Source: Bugula neritina
Lineage: Eukaryota > Animalia > Bryozoa
DNA length: 64,000 nt
Assembly (NCBI GenBank): GCA_964035545.1
Contig: OZ037765.1
Span: forward strand, 2,542,001-2,606,000
Direction of reading: 5' to 3'
The notes under the pieces are model-generated. The model saw nothing but the letters and a program-made list of their open reading frames with translations. It ran no database searches and was not told the DNA's origin. Positions 17,753 through 31,963 of the stretch are shown here, piece after piece (positions within the stretch are counted from its first letter, which is position 1; each line of letters opens with the position of its first letter). The position numbers and the translations under genes were made by a program.

Positions 17753-20700
17753 GTGAGTTTTCCTCTCCTTCCAATACGGATTACTTAAGTTTTTGAGTCT
17801 TTGTTGTAAGTTGAAGTTTTACAGCCTTAACTAAACAAATCGTTGATTAGAACAATTGCGATCTTATTTATGCTCTTCAAAATTACCCAAATAACATACC
17901 AAGTCTTTAGAAAGAAAGCAACTCCACAAATACCAGAAGTACGCATAATGGCTAATGATAATTATTACAGCTGAATGTAAAAGCCTTGTGATTGAATAAT
18001 CATTTGCATGCATTTCTTTATTATATTGTATTATTTAAACTGTAAATCAGAACTATAAATGTTGCAAAGTAAGGTGTGACAAGCACATACTTTATTTAGT
18101 TTTTATTATCTCTTAACTACTCACACTCATGCTCCTACAGCTGTTGGTAGCATTTTTGTTAACAGTTGGCAAATTTTGAACTCACTGTAGCATGTTGAAG
18201 ATTTTTGTAACTCAACGTTTGTATGAATAGAAAGTAATAGAAGACTCCTGTATTGTATGTGAGTAACCTGCTGCAATAATAGTTTGAATGAGATTAGGCA
18301 CCATGCATTTAAGTTAGCAATAACGCAGATTCATTTCGTAATATGTTACAAATAATTCCAAAAGTTATTCTACCTAAAAGTCACGGCCTAGTTCCTACCC
18401 CATGTACTGTTTCACCATTGTGCGTGCTTACACGCACAAACACACACATGCGCACACATACACTTTCACACTACTGTGGATTCTCTAGATGTCACCGAGT
18501 ATGTTATTTGTAAAGATTGTTGCTAACAGCTGGAGTCAATCATATAATATTGTGCTGTATCAAATTGATCTATGCAAAGCAAAGTATCATAAAAGAAGTG
18601 GAAACATCGGCATTGACTTATCTAGAAAAATATTTGAATATATCATTAAAAATATTAGCATATATCGTTTTAGGTAATCTAGATAATGTATATTTTATGA
18701 CTATGACTGGTCAACACTATAGTTGATATGGCAGCTTATCAAAGAGTCAAGTAGGTGAATATCGGCTCAAATATTTACTTTTATAACTTTGCTACTGCTT
18801 GTAAAAACTAGGAAGCTTCTATCACGTATCTCAAGTCTATATTATATTGACAATGTGTACCACAAAGATGATAACTTAAATGAGTGTTGAAAATTTAAGT
18901 GAAGATTATTGCATATAATAGAGCAGACAACTCTAAATAAAATAATACAGTTTAGTGCAATTTTAAATGCAGTGTTGCATGTAGATTAAAACGGGTTTAT
19001 TAATCGTATAGGTATTATATCAAATTGTGTGACAGTTTTAATTTATAATGAAATTATGTTTGGGTATTTTCCAATGTCAGTTACTCAAAATTTACTGCTG
19101 CTTCCTACTTTTGAATAAATTTGTTTTCTAAAGTGGATACTTGATTGAGGAGTTGTGCACTCTTATCATTGTGAGAAAATAAATAGAAAAAGTTGCTACA
19201 TTAAACTTCTTGTTTCGTTTTTATATCTAGTGCAGCTCCACTCATCATTTTATGCATGAAATAAAGCATTCAACTTCACTGAATAAAAATCTATTTTAAA
19301 AGTTTGCTTTTTAAAAGCAATTAAAATGTTGAAAACTGTTAACCTCTTCAATCATATAGCAACTACTTGAAAAGAATTGAATGAATAAAGTCTACAGTAG
19401 CTACTCAAAGTAAATGACAAAATAAATATTTTTTGTTTTTCTGAGAAAATGATTAATTAATAATTTTCCCAAGAGACCATTTCCCACTCTACAATGCAGA
19501 TTGTTGATTAGATGTTATTGAGTTACTAGTGCAGCTAGTATGATTGGTCTGTGAAACGTCTGCAACTGCAAATCGTCTGCAACTGTTAGTAGAAATGTCT
19601 GTCCCATCAGCTTACACAGAGCTTAATCAATACTCTAATTAGTTTGAGACTTTATCCGCTACAAAATAATAAATGCTGAAAATATTTTTAACTCCAATCG
19701 TCTCTCCATTTGAGTCATTAAGTTGTCTCCCCATTCAAATCAAGGATTTGTCTTCCACCATTTGAGTCAATGAGTTGCCCCAATTTGAGTTCATTAGTTG
19801 TTTGGCCATTTGAGATAAAGGTTTGTTTCCTCATTTGAGTTGAAGAGTAATTCTGCAGAAAAAAGTTACAGTTAGTTTAGGCTCTTTAATGTTTATTGCT
19901 GACATTGTAAGTTGTTCTCTCACCAATAGAAAAGAATATGAAGGTGCTAAGGCTAAGATATCAGTTAAATACATGTGACTAAGTTGTAACCAGGCAGGTT
20001 TGTGGTTAAAAGAACTGGTTGCTGCTGAATAAATTTCTCTAGATATAAATTGTGTTGGTTTTTCGTTGTATGGCAAATTATTCAGAATGAAAACATGTCA
20101 AGTTATTTAGGTTTATCATTAAAACAGTTTATCATAAACAGGTGTCGGTGTTTTTTATGAAAATAAATTTCTACCAGGCAACTCTCTGCTTATAGATACA
20201 CAGTATAAGACTACAGTTGTGTTAAGCTTGCAATGTTATTTATAATGTATTATGACAATATTCATTGTTTTGCCATTTATATTCATGATACTCAGAAATA
20301 AAATAACCTACCAGCTTAGTAAGTGAGTTTTAAGCAAGTCTCATTCTGAATTTTTTCTAAGTCTTTTGCATTATGTTGGCTAAACTGCTTCAACCTGTAA
20401 AATATCATTTTATAAATTGACCAGCCACTACGTGGTATAAAGCCTTGTTTATACATGGCAATATAGACTATAAGTTTCTCCAACAACTGGTAATATTAAA
20501 GTACTGCCTGTAACTTCAGTTGATTATGAAGACTATAAAGATGAAGGAGGTTTGATATAAAGTTAAGTAGCTGCGGTATACAATACATCTTGTTTACATC
20601 ATGTTCTTTTAGACAACAAAGCGAAATACATACTTCACATTGATACTTGAACAATACTATCTGTACTCTGTCAGGAAAGCTGTAAATGCGTTTACTAAAT

Positions 20701-21516
20701 TTAATAGAGCTTTATGTCTTTCCGTAGAGTTGCCTTTCTTGAAGAAATATTTTCTTAGCCTAATATCTAATGCAGCTTGTCATACTTTGATATTCAAATA
20801 TCAGGAAAACAGACTACATTGATAAAAAAGGAATAAAATTTTGTTTAAAATTTCCTTTTAAAAAAGTTTAACTTCCCAACAATTTAAATGACCTATCTTC
20901 ACATATAACGAAATGCAAAACTATGTGTGAGTTTTTTTTATAGCTGTGCAGGGTAATTTACTTGGAAAATTATTGATTTTTCAATTTTATTTGTCAGATA
21001 TAAAGTATATAGTTCATAAAAATATCAATTTGATATTATTGTTTATCAGTTTAATTCAAAGAGTACATGACTTAAGATGAAGCAATTATGGTTACCACTA
21101 TGGGCTGTGGTATTACTAACACAATAGACAATTCGAAGGGATTATTAGCACAAGAATAGAATTAGTACAAAACATCAGATAATAGTAACTTATATACTAT
21201 ATTTAGAAAAGTGCATTGTTTTTAAAATGCCACAACAAATGCCTACACACATGTATATGCAGACTATAATTATATACACACCTGTCTATAATTACTGACT
21301 AGTTATACCATGTGTCTGTTCCAAGTAATAAACACTGCAGTGTTTATATGAACTGTTACAGGTCAGTAGGCTCAATGCTAAGGTATCAGTAGCTATTAGT
21401 TTTTACCTGCTATGCATATTTGACGCAAAGCGAGTGACATTATTCATGAGATTACAGCAGTTTATCTATTAAGTATTATCTTAGCACGCCACACCGTGAC
21501 AAGTGAGAGACGCGAG

Positions 21517-21525
21517 TATAAATAG
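21517..21525 (+). promoter_or_regulatory. Candidate TATA box for PDE4 exon C
   Basis: TATAAATAG flanked by CpG-rich sequence (gacgcgag ... gctgagc), ~210 nt upstream of the ATG at 21729. Confidence 0.45.
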
Positions 21526-21728
21526 GCTGAGCAGTCTTAGTGAATACACACTCTGCTATTACTAGTGCTCCGTTTACTTCAGTTGATCCGAGACTTTCGC
21601 AAAGTACATGTTAAGTTTTAACAAATATTGGATTTAGTAACGAGTGAGACATAATTAGCCATCCGAAGACGTGAACCTTAGTCGCAGACGTAAGTAGAAG
21701 GGACAGTAAATATCTTCTGCTTAACAAC

Positions 21729-21934
21729 ATGTCGACTGCGAGCCTTGCTTCACACAGCGGTGGCTATGAGTTGGGCTCATCTCCATCCGCTAAACATTCT
21801 CCTGGTTATTTTCGTATGAGGAGTAGATCAACGCCCCATGCCTACAGGCACTTACGCTACAAGAACTCAAACCTGGGGCAGTCTATAGATCTGCAAGCTA
21901 TGGAGCTACTCCGTGTGTTGTCTGGACCACACAG
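21729..21934 (+). CDS. PDE4: PDE4 candidate alternative N-terminal exon C (MSTASLASHSGGYELGSSPS...VLSGPH)
   Basis: 206 nt open frame, donor cag|gttggt in phase 2; TATA box ~210 nt upstream in a CpG-richer patch. Confidence 0.62.
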
Positions 21935-22075
21935 GTTGGTTTTTAACCAATTTCTACAAACTCAAATAGAATCTTATTTTTAGAGTTCCCGAAACTTGTT
22001 TTAAATAATTGTGATCAGAGTTACGTGTGCATTAAAACACATGCAGCGGAACTGAGAATTTATGAAGCTCCTTCC

Positions 22076-22252
22076 GTACTTAAGTCATGCAGTAGGAGTT
22101 CTACACCAAGTACTTAAGTCAGCAGGGGCACTCTGTTGTACACTTAAGTCAGCTGGAGCACTACACCAAGTACTTAAGTCAGCAGGGGCACTCTGTTGTA
22201 CACTTAAGTCAGCTGGAGCACTACACCAAGTACTTAAGTCAGTAGGAGTCCT
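22076..22252. repeat. Minisatellite, 30-bp unit with 60-bp higher-order alternation (core acttaagtcag)
   Basis: About six units alternating ...ctacaccaagt and ...ctctgttgtac. Confidence 0.92.
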
Positions 22253-23113
22253 AAATTGAATACCTAGAAAAACTTTGAGAAACGCCCTCAGACTATCAGT
22301 TATGTTGTGAAACTGTTTAGGCTCTTCCATCAATTCTGCCATTTTCTGAGAAACTCAACTTCAACAATAGGATTTAGCATCAATTAATAGTAGTTTCACC
22401 AACAGTTTGTCACGTAAATTTGTAATCCATCTTACAAAATCTAATAGAGTGTAACACAATTAAACTAATGCTAATTTACTAATCATATTATGTAGAATAA
22501 TTATAAATTAGATTTAAGACCATAAATGTCAAGTTGAATGCAGGTTATGCACTAGTATAAATCACTTCTTAAGCTTTCGGATTATGCTGTACGTAGATGG
22601 GTTCATGAAATGGCTATAAATATAGTGTAGAAATGAAACAATAGTAAACACTGAATAGATAAATCACTAACAATAAAACAAACCCCAGACATACTGTAAA
22701 TCCTTTTAATTATTGTTATAGAGTTTTTCAATTTATTTAAAAATTGCAAATGATGAAGTTTGAGATGTAAACGCTATAAGTTAGTATAGCTAGTTGGTCA
22801 TATTGTAGAATAATAAACACTTTTGTCTCTTTCCTCAAAACTTTAGAAGCAAGATTTTGCAATTTATGCTGCAAGTAATGCGAGGAAATTGAAAATTGAT
22901 TAACAAGTGGGATTTTGCTACACATGAGAGGAAGTATAGCTATTAAAGCTTTATTACTGCAGTGTTATTTTCAAATGTGTATTCTTGTGCTCTGATATTC
23001 CCATATAAAGGCTTTCTCCAGCTATTACAATGAAAACTAAGCTTTTGCCGGTTTTTTATTTTTATTATGTAACGTAGTTTGAAACATGCTGAAAGTGTAG
23101 CTATTTTAATATA

Positions 23114-23245
23114 CAAATTTGTCATCTTACCCTGTGATGTAACAGTTTTCAACACTTTGAGGTTTAGAAAAAAGTAGCTAGCTACTTTTTTCTAAACCTC
23201 AAAGTGTTGAAAACTGTTACATCACAGGGTAAGATGACAAATTTG
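23114..23245. repeat. Perfect 132-bp palindrome (two 66-bp arms, no spacer)
   Basis: caaatttgtcatcttaccctg...aaaaaagtagct|agctactttttt...cagggtaagatgacaaatttg; centre between 23179 and 23180. Confidence 0.95.
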
Positions 23246-26200
23246 CTTTTCATGTGTAGGGTGAGAAAAGCAACCTATCTAACAAGTCATACCAGCATAC
23301 TTTACTGACCATTCAAGTCTTTCCTTCTAATAGCAACATGATGTAATTGCAAAGTATTTATTTTTCTACAAAACACACATATCTTCCGTTGAAAGTCACC
23401 ACGTATGCTGGTGAAGTGTTTTTAGGCAATCATAGAGGTTGTTGGCAATATGTAGCTGTTTCTGTATTTGGCAAAGCAGCAGTTATGACTGAATGCTTGT
23501 CCAACCATCAGTTCTGATGATGCCGATATTTGAACTATCAGCTCAGCGGAGCATTGGTCATAGTAGGCCAGCACTTCCATTTGCAGCATCTAAAATAACT
23601 CAGTTTAAGAACTTAGTGACCCAAATCCTGTTGTTTTGTCTTCCAACTGACATAACCTACTCAGTTCTTTTACTCATCAAAGATTGTATATTTCAGGGTT
23701 GAATTAAGTCAATGCAAGTGTCTTTGTTGGGTAACTGTCATGTTCAAATTTGAATATCGAATTTTGAAGTTGCTTCGTTACCTATCCTTAGGTGTAACTT
23801 ATACTTGACTTTCTGTAACTTACACTTAACTTACACCAAATATTTCAACTGCATGATCAGCAATGCTACAAAGACTTGCTCTTTTCAAGATTATTTTATC
23901 AACTCCTAGAAAACAAAACTGTCCTAACTGTCATACACAGTCATAAGATAATAGAATTTGTATTTATATAAACCAGTTACTTCACTTAATATAACAAGTA
24001 GCAATCTATCATTCTAATAGATCAAGTTTGTTCATTTTACACTTGGCGTTTGCAGACGGTAGCTGCATGTATTAAGATATTGTAGCTCTAAGCATAGCAA
24101 GCCTTATAACAGAGTCTATATTCTGCCAGGAACTGTTAAATTACCAAATCAATATCTTGTACCTTATTTAGTGTTGAACCTAATAATATAATTATTTTAA
24201 ATTAGCATAGTCTTAGTGCGTCACATTGGCAGAAATATTTAAATTAAATGCTAATGAAATACAATTGTGTGTTTATGATTCCTTAGGCAAGCAAGTGTGT
24301 ACGTTTGAGGAACCTGCTAAGCTTGCTATAGTCTTACCACATTTTGCGTTAGCATATTAGAGTGCATTTGAACCAAATTATTTAAAACAGAGCCCTATAA
24401 TTCTCTAAAAGTTATATTCTGCAGTGGCAGCCTTCTGTTTATACTACGTGGGTTTTATTACTTAACTTTCCCAGGTCAAGTTGTAAAATTATGTAAATAT
24501 TTTCTAAATATTTATGTAAAGTCAGACTCTGTTTAAGTAATAAAATATGGCAGAAGATAAAAATAGAGCTCAATTATTTTCAAGTACCAGTGTCAATGGT
24601 AATCACTAGGTAATCACTTTTTAACCTGCACGAAATGCATTTGCGTAAAGTCTTGGGGCTATAAAGATTGTCAGCTTTGCCAACGTTGCAATAGATTCTG
24701 TAACCTCCATGTTCAGACAAAACTCAAACCGTTTGTCCTATAAAATCTACAAACTCTTTCTTATTACTGTAATAATATCTGCCTCTCTCAGAAATCAAAC
24801 CTCAGACTTCTAACATGCAAGAAGCAACGATGGAATCCCAACCCAACAATTACTAGCTAGCCAGGAATACAACAACTTTTCATTTGCTGATGACTGATAG
24901 CTAATCATTTGAGATTATCTTTGGCAGAGTCCAGTGTCTTTGACATGTGAGATTAGATCCTATACAACCTCCTGTCACTATCACTAGGCTGTCAGTGATA
25001 AGGAGTGCAGGTGCTTGCATATAGCACATGCAGTGCCATGTCAATATTGGCATGCTTAATTGTATCTCACACTTCCACTCAACAGTAGATGGCTTTTTCA
25101 TTGCTTTAAGCATGTTTTAATAACATCATAGCATAAATAGAAAAAAGCTCAACCTTTTTGTGAGGCTACATCAAGTTATTGGGAATAATCAAGTATGCTA
25201 AAAATTTTCTTAAAATATGCTAAGCAACTTGAGCCCTAATACAAACTAAATACTTTTACAACCAGCAAATAATAATACTCTTTTCAACAGTTGCATATCT
25301 GATGATAGCTTGTTATTTGATGCAATATGTTACGTTAACACCTAACTTGTTTTGTTTCTTAATCTCCATGGAATCATTCACGAGACAGCCAGACTAGAAT
25401 ATAATTTTATATTCAAACCTGAAGCATAAAGGAACACTCAACAATAAGAAATTGTAATCACAACTGTTGAAAGGGAAGCAATTCCAAAGTAGATATTAGA
25501 AATTTTAAATTTTAAATGAAATGATGTAACAAAACTATTGCAATTGCTGATAGAACATTGTCCATTTAAAATTAATAGCATAATAGTTGAAATTATTTAC
25601 TATTTCAATTTTCATTATTCCTAATCAAAATAATTGGTACACTAAAGAAACACGGGAGCTTTTTAAGAAAATGGAGGAAATTCGTTTTCGGCAGTTTTAT
25701 GACTAGCGTTAATTGTCAGGCTAAAGAAACTTAATTTAAATTAAAATAAACTAGTTTTGCTATAATTTGTTCCATTCATACACAGTAAAGGTTTGAGTTT
25801 TTTTTCCACCCAGAGCTTCAAATTTGGAGTTATGGTCTCTTTTTATTAAAACTAGTGCAAGTGCAATAACATTGTCATTTAAAAGCTGTGTGGATGCTTT
25901 CCATATTTATTTCAGCAGCAATCAATTAGTTCATCAGATAAAATAGTTTCAAAAACTCAAAAATGACAGTCAGTGTTCAAATTTAGCTTTTACAAAATCA
26001 TTGTTATCTGTGTATATATAACAATGGTATTTATTGCTAGATATATTAAGTAAAAAAGTAGCCCAACTTACTGGAATTAAATAAATAAATTTTCAAAACA
26101 TAGCACTGATACATTTATTATCAGTTGGTATGAAATATAAAATTATTGCACTGCTCTAGCTAACATGCATAATCTATAACTAACATGGTGCATGTATGTA

Positions 26201-26970
26201 ACATGATTATCATTGTGATTTAAGATGCATTGATTACTGGTGAGAGATTATCCATTCCCAAGCTCCCTATATAAGTGAGTAATGTGAGTGCTAAGCAGCC
26301 CAATCTTACGAAGGTATTCCCTTATGCCAACCTGTGTGCTGCATGCGTAATTTCCCAGTTATTAGAACACACATTATACACTAATTACTGGTGATATGAG
26401 TCTATAATGAAGCAGTAAACAAACTACAAAGTTTGTATCTTAAGATTTAATTAGCATGTTGATTACTTCTGTCAGCTATTTTATAGTCTACAGTATAGGC
26501 AGCACATAGCCTACGGTTCAACAGTGATGTTAATAGTTACCCCCTCCTTCCCCTCCCAATCTTATTAGCTCTCACAAATTGCCATCACAGCTGTTAGCCT
26601 TATAATTCATTTTATGTAAGAGATTTCCTTGCTTAGTTCTTCACATAAGTTAAGCTAGGGTGGTTCTTATAGTAAAAATCTCAAAACATTTAAATCATTT
26701 CTGAAGATACCTCTGACACTTGCATTTTAAAATCTAATATTTACTTACGACTCTGTAGCTACACCAACACTGATCAGGTTGTTTTACTGCTTTTTGCAAC
26801 TTCTGTTAGTTAGATATGAGCTGCAAGTGTACCTGTAACTTCTCATTTGACTTTAAAAAGCTACTGATTTTGTACTTTAAAATATTAGGACTGTTATTAT
26901 ATATGCAAAGAAACCACGCCTCGTAGTTAAAGAGTGATCTAAACCAGAAAGACCAAAAGACAGAAACTAT

Positions 26971-27125
26971 GGATGACTCATTATTCAACAAAAAGTATTT
27001 TGGATGACTCATTATTCAACAAAAAGTATTTTGGGTGACTCATTATTCAACAAAAAGTATTTTGGGTGACTCATTATTCAACAAAAAGTATTTTGGATGA
27101 CTCATATTCAACAAAAAGTATTTTG
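26971..27125. repeat. 31-bp minisatellite, 5 copies, each containing TGACTCA
   Basis: Unit gg(a/g)tgactcattattcaacaaaaagtatttt. Confidence 0.94.
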
Positions 27126-29763
27126 CTGTCATGTAACTGCTGCTACAGTATTTGAGTTTAAAATTTGATGTCTCTGTCTAGTCATTAGTTGAGTCAGAAG
27201 TTGTGAAATCTCAGTTGACCTACAAATGACCTCAATAGCATGAGTGCATTTTCAAAGCAGGTATTTTATATAGCTGTTAGGAAAAAAATATACATTTGAT
27301 TGCAAAAGGTTATCTGGAAAGTAAAGGTAAAACTTGCAAATTGATTTCATTTTCTTTGTCAAAAATTTCACCAATATTGTTTAAAAACTAAAATTGTCAA
27401 CTTTTGACACTGTTATTAGCAAAGAGAAACTTCCTGCATAGTGTAATCAATGGGCAAGCATCTCTCTGAGTCATGGTGCAGTGGTGTTAAAAAAAATCAA
27501 TTTATATATTTCAACGGTTCACATCCAGTTGCAGCTCTCCATGGATGACATCAATTTCTTGATTTTTTTGTGAAACAAACTTTTTTCATCAGTCATGGCA
27601 AAAAATTTACTGCTTTTTAATTTACTGTTCCAGTTTTTTTTTTCTATCATTTCTCTGCTGTCCAAACAGCTGTACCTGGTGAAGTATCAAATATAACTAT
27701 AATAATTCTCAATAATATAAATTGTTCCATCTCTGGTTTGGGACGTATGGAGTTGAACCCGTAATTTTCAATGTGAAGATGCACTACCCAGTGCGCACTT
27801 TATACCCAATTATATTTACCTGGTACATCAGAACTAGTACGATTTATGAAACATAAAAATATGGATACATAGAAACTGTATATAATGTTGTTTAAATCAC
27901 ATAACCACCAGTACATTATGCATAACTTTACCTATGAGTGCATAATGTACTCAGCTTTCTTGCATTATGAGGGTAGATTTTATAGGATTGAGAAAATAAG
28001 AGCAGTCAGGCAAACAAAACCAATAACTTTGTCAAAAGTAAAGCAGTACATGCTTAAGATTGACTATCAGCATTTCTCAACATTTCACCAAGTTGCTGAT
28101 AACTGAGCGCTGCCTCAGCAGCTGGCAGATGAGATTATGTAATCGTGAGTCAGCTTTCATTCACAGCAGGTGTGAAAGATAGTATGCTTTGCTTTTATAT
28201 AACTCTAGTTGAATCATTTGATGATTTTATTAAACTTCCATGAAATATGTTACTGTCATTCAACAGGCATGTTTAAGGAATTAATACTTTTTACATGCCC
28301 AAATATTAGATTAACAAAAGCTGTCCCCTCTGCCCACCCAAAATGCCAAAATTTTCAAAAATGAACAAAATTTGAAACTGGCAGACTTGCTATAGCTAGA
28401 CGGGAAGTTTTCACTTCTACTTGAGGTTGCAACAGGTTCAGTTCAGTTCCAAAAATTGATTGATTTCTACAATGACCACGAGTCAGTTCAAATTCTGTGA
28501 TGCCATACTGAAAACTTTTAATTGAATTCAACATTGATTTTATGGCCTCTTATTTGACAAGGTTTATTACTTTTTACACTCCCTGTATCTACGTCTATCG
28601 GCAAACCCATATTTTTGTAGTAATGGCAAAAGGATGTTACCTAACTGCATTAGACCTAGTAACTGTATTACTTTGGCTGCACATGCATTGTTGCGAGTTG
28701 CATTTTTTGTAGGATTAAACCGAAAGTTTAAAAAACCAATAAACAAAGTATTGTATTACAACTTTTGTGGGAAAACACTAATTTGAAGATTAAATCTCCC
28801 CCATTGTTTACATGTTGGTTGCTATGGAGATACACCGTGTGACTGCTAATACTTGGATATTCCCAATCACATGGTTCTTTCAGATTAATCATGATGGGAC
28901 GCAGAAGCTATTTAATTTACGTCAGTCTCTAGTATATGATGTCAACCACGCGATTCATCTCGCATAACTTAGGCTTACTATCTTTCCACAGCATCTTCAT
29001 TATAAAGTGGAATTTCCAATTAGCTTCGTAGATGCTATGCTGATGAAAAGTCGCAATACATGCCTTGACAACTTAAAAAATATTCATATATTCACTCGGA
29101 AGCCATTGCAAAAAGGAAATGGTTGTTCAGTTGACTAATTAATATACATAAGCATAAAATAATGTAGAGAACACGTACCTAAATAAATAAATTGTAGATT
29201 AAAGAGTGTATGTAATCTAAAAATCATTATCTACACTAACCAAACTGGAAAAGCGGCATATAAACTTGCAGAATAAAATGGGTGTATAATAAAAGCTTGG
29301 TCATGGTGCTTCAGTCAATAGGATAAATTATCAAATGTTAGCCTGGAGTAAACTTTTCGGCACAACGTGGGCTATATCTTAAACATTTCCATTGATAGAA
29401 AGACAAAACTATTTGCTAAATCAACAACTGAAATGAAGTAGCAGTTGAGGTTTTTTCATTTTTGAAGTTTTTAACAAGCTATAAAAACCACTACAGTTGT
29501 CAAAAATTGCCTCATTGAGTGAATAATTTAGTTTCGTGCAGCAAACTTTCAAAGCATATAAATGCTATTATGAAAGCTCAAACCTGCTATAACTAACATA
29601 TATACATTATTTGAGCTAAGCTCATGTAACCAGACTATAAACTGTAGCAGGTGACCGTGTAGACATCATAATAATCTCTCACGGAAGTTTATAGTCACCA
29701 TTCCTGTGAGAAACCCCTGATGGAATGGGTTTTTGTTAAAGCGGGCTAAAACTTATTCAAATG

Positions 29764-29884
29764 AGGCGCAGGAGCAATTATGACTGGGTGCTCTTCCTAA
29801 CATCACCAATGGCCTTTGCCCAAGTTGAAACCATGACCTCTTGTTTACTAGGCAAACACTCTAACCCTTAGACCACGGCTGCTC
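29764..29884 (-). mobile_element. Degenerate tRNA-derived SINE
   Basis: Minus strand gccgtggtctaagggttagagtgtttgcctagtaaacaagaggtcatggtttcaac (tRNA-like head) then tggtgatgttaggaagagcacccagtcat, resembling the tail at 35881 and a fragment near 15800-15855. Confidence 0.5.
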
Positions 29885-31020
29885 ACAATAATGGTGCTTC
29901 TTTATTACTAGACCATGAGTCATTCTGGTTCCTGAGATACTGCTGGTTCAAATTCCAGTTTTGAGTTTTTTATCTGGTCTGCCGATTTGAATTTAAATAC
30001 CAAAAAAATGTCAACTTCAAACTGCTATAACTCTATGCATTATTAAATACCTACAGATGTGTATAAGATTGCTCTATTACGCAATCATGCACCATCTTAC
30101 CTTGGGCGATATGACCTTCAACTAAGGACCATAGAGCCGTTTTAAAAAGTAAACAAATGGGAAGTTTGACAACAAAAGTGTTTAGAGTGTATTTTAAGGT
30201 CTTCTATTGCTCTCTAAGAGAACTCTAGCTGTTATTTAACTTATTGTTCTTGCGAGGAGACAATATTTGTCAAAACTCAGACCTTTGGTCCGATCAGTTT
30301 AACTTTTCAGATTTTATCTGCAATGTTTTATTTTGTTTTCCTTAAATGCAACATTGCTTAGTCAAAATAAATCAGTTCTCTGATATTAAACTAACCAAAT
30401 TCACAGTTCAAAGCTAAAAGTACCCAATATTCTACTGCAGCTTATATGCAAACTGATTAAAAAACTAATCTTACAAATTACTAGCATGCATGTGCTACTA
30501 GTACTTAACTCGATGGTTGTTTGTTAACTCTTTACATTAATGGGTTATTTAAGAAGCCCAATCTTGTAGTTAAAAAGGTTTAGGAAATTTGAAAGATTCA
30601 AATGTGAAAGTTTGACGAATACTGAGTAAAAGGATGCTTGCTAAGGAATTGTAATGAGTACGTTAAGAAACTAACACGTATGTCAATATGAATTCGAACC
30701 TTCAGAGCACCTCAGGCTCTACTATCTTTATAGTGAACTCATCTATAAACATTTTGGGAATGCTTGGTCAATAAAATATTATTCCATTTATTTTGTGCTG
30801 TTCTATGGCTATTAGCCAATCAGAATCAAGTGTATTCACTAATGCTTCATTAACTCCATTACAATAGCGTAATAAGAATATTAGTATATATGGAAGTTAA
30901 TACAAAACTAGATGCGTGCTAGAACACGATCATTTGCATCTAAGCCAAGTAACTGCATAGCAGGGTATATGTGTGTAACTTTGTGCGTTTTGCGTTGGAG
31001 TAAAACTAGAAGCTGACGCG

Positions 31021-31124
31021 ATGACCAGCTCCGAAGACGCGTACCCATCTTCAGACGCCGGTATAGGCTGCCTACATCTAAATATACCCACTCTTGTTGT
31101 TTCAAACAATCATATCTCTAATAG
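31021..31124 (+). CDS. PDE4: PDE4 candidate alternative N-terminal exon D (MTSSEDAYPSSDAGIGCLHLNIPTLVVSNNHISN)
   Basis: 104 nt open frame in a CpG-richer patch, donor tag|gtatgt in phase 2. Confidence 0.55.
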
Positions 31125-31791
31125 GTATGTTTATTGCTAGTTTTACTCAAAACCTTGTTAAAAGTAAGACTTGCCTTGTCAGCTATACAGGCTTGCTCAG
31201 TGTTTACAGCTAAAAGGTACTAAAGAATAAATTTTACTAACTTTTTGAGATTTTAGAATTAAGACAACTATGAACTGTAGGATTGAATGCTATTCGGTAC
31301 ACCTATCATGTGTATTTCTCCTAAAGTTGAATTGTATTTAATGGAAGCTAAAATTGTTCAGAAGGCGTGATATTTCGTGATAATATAGCCTATAGCAGGA
31401 CTTCTGCCCACTTTCAATGCTATAGAAATCTGCAGTTGATCTCTCACCCATGCAAGAATTTCATATCTCTTATTTCCGCAAAGCTTTTGATCAAATGTAA
31501 AGTCAATGAGCAGTGACTGTTGTCAATCAAACTATTCATTAATCATAGTTTATCTTCACTTATTGTCACATGAGAGATATATATATAGAAGTCAACATCC
31601 TGCATATACAATAACCATGTGCTAGTTCTAAATACCTTATCTCTGATAGAGTTGTAACATAGTAAATAATGATAACAAGATTTACTTAAAACTGGATTTT
31701 AATTAATCTAATATTGCAGTGTTCACAGTAGCTGTGGGACTGACTAAGCGGATTGTAGTTTTGATTTATACACTTATATTGATACTCTATA

Positions 31792-31952
31792 TGACTAGTA
31801 CTGTGAATAACTAGTACTGTGAGCAACTAGTACTGTGACTAACTAGTACTGTGACCAACTATAGTACTGTGAATCACTAGTACTGTAGTACTGTGAGTAA
31901 TTAAGATAACAATGAGTAATTCCTACTGTGGATACCTAGTGCTGTGAATAAC
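31792..31952. repeat. Degenerate ~16-18-bp tandem repeat (actagtactgtga core)
   Basis: Repeated actagtactgtga units directly upstream of PDE4 exon E. Confidence 0.8.
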
Positions 31953-31963
31953 TCATACTCACT

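Noticed and set aside
22062-22342. Repeat with constant core and alternating variable parts, superficially CRISPR-like, with short ORFs
   Set aside because: The variable parts are two recurring 9-11 nt variants, not unique spacers; no cas genes; eukaryotic intron.
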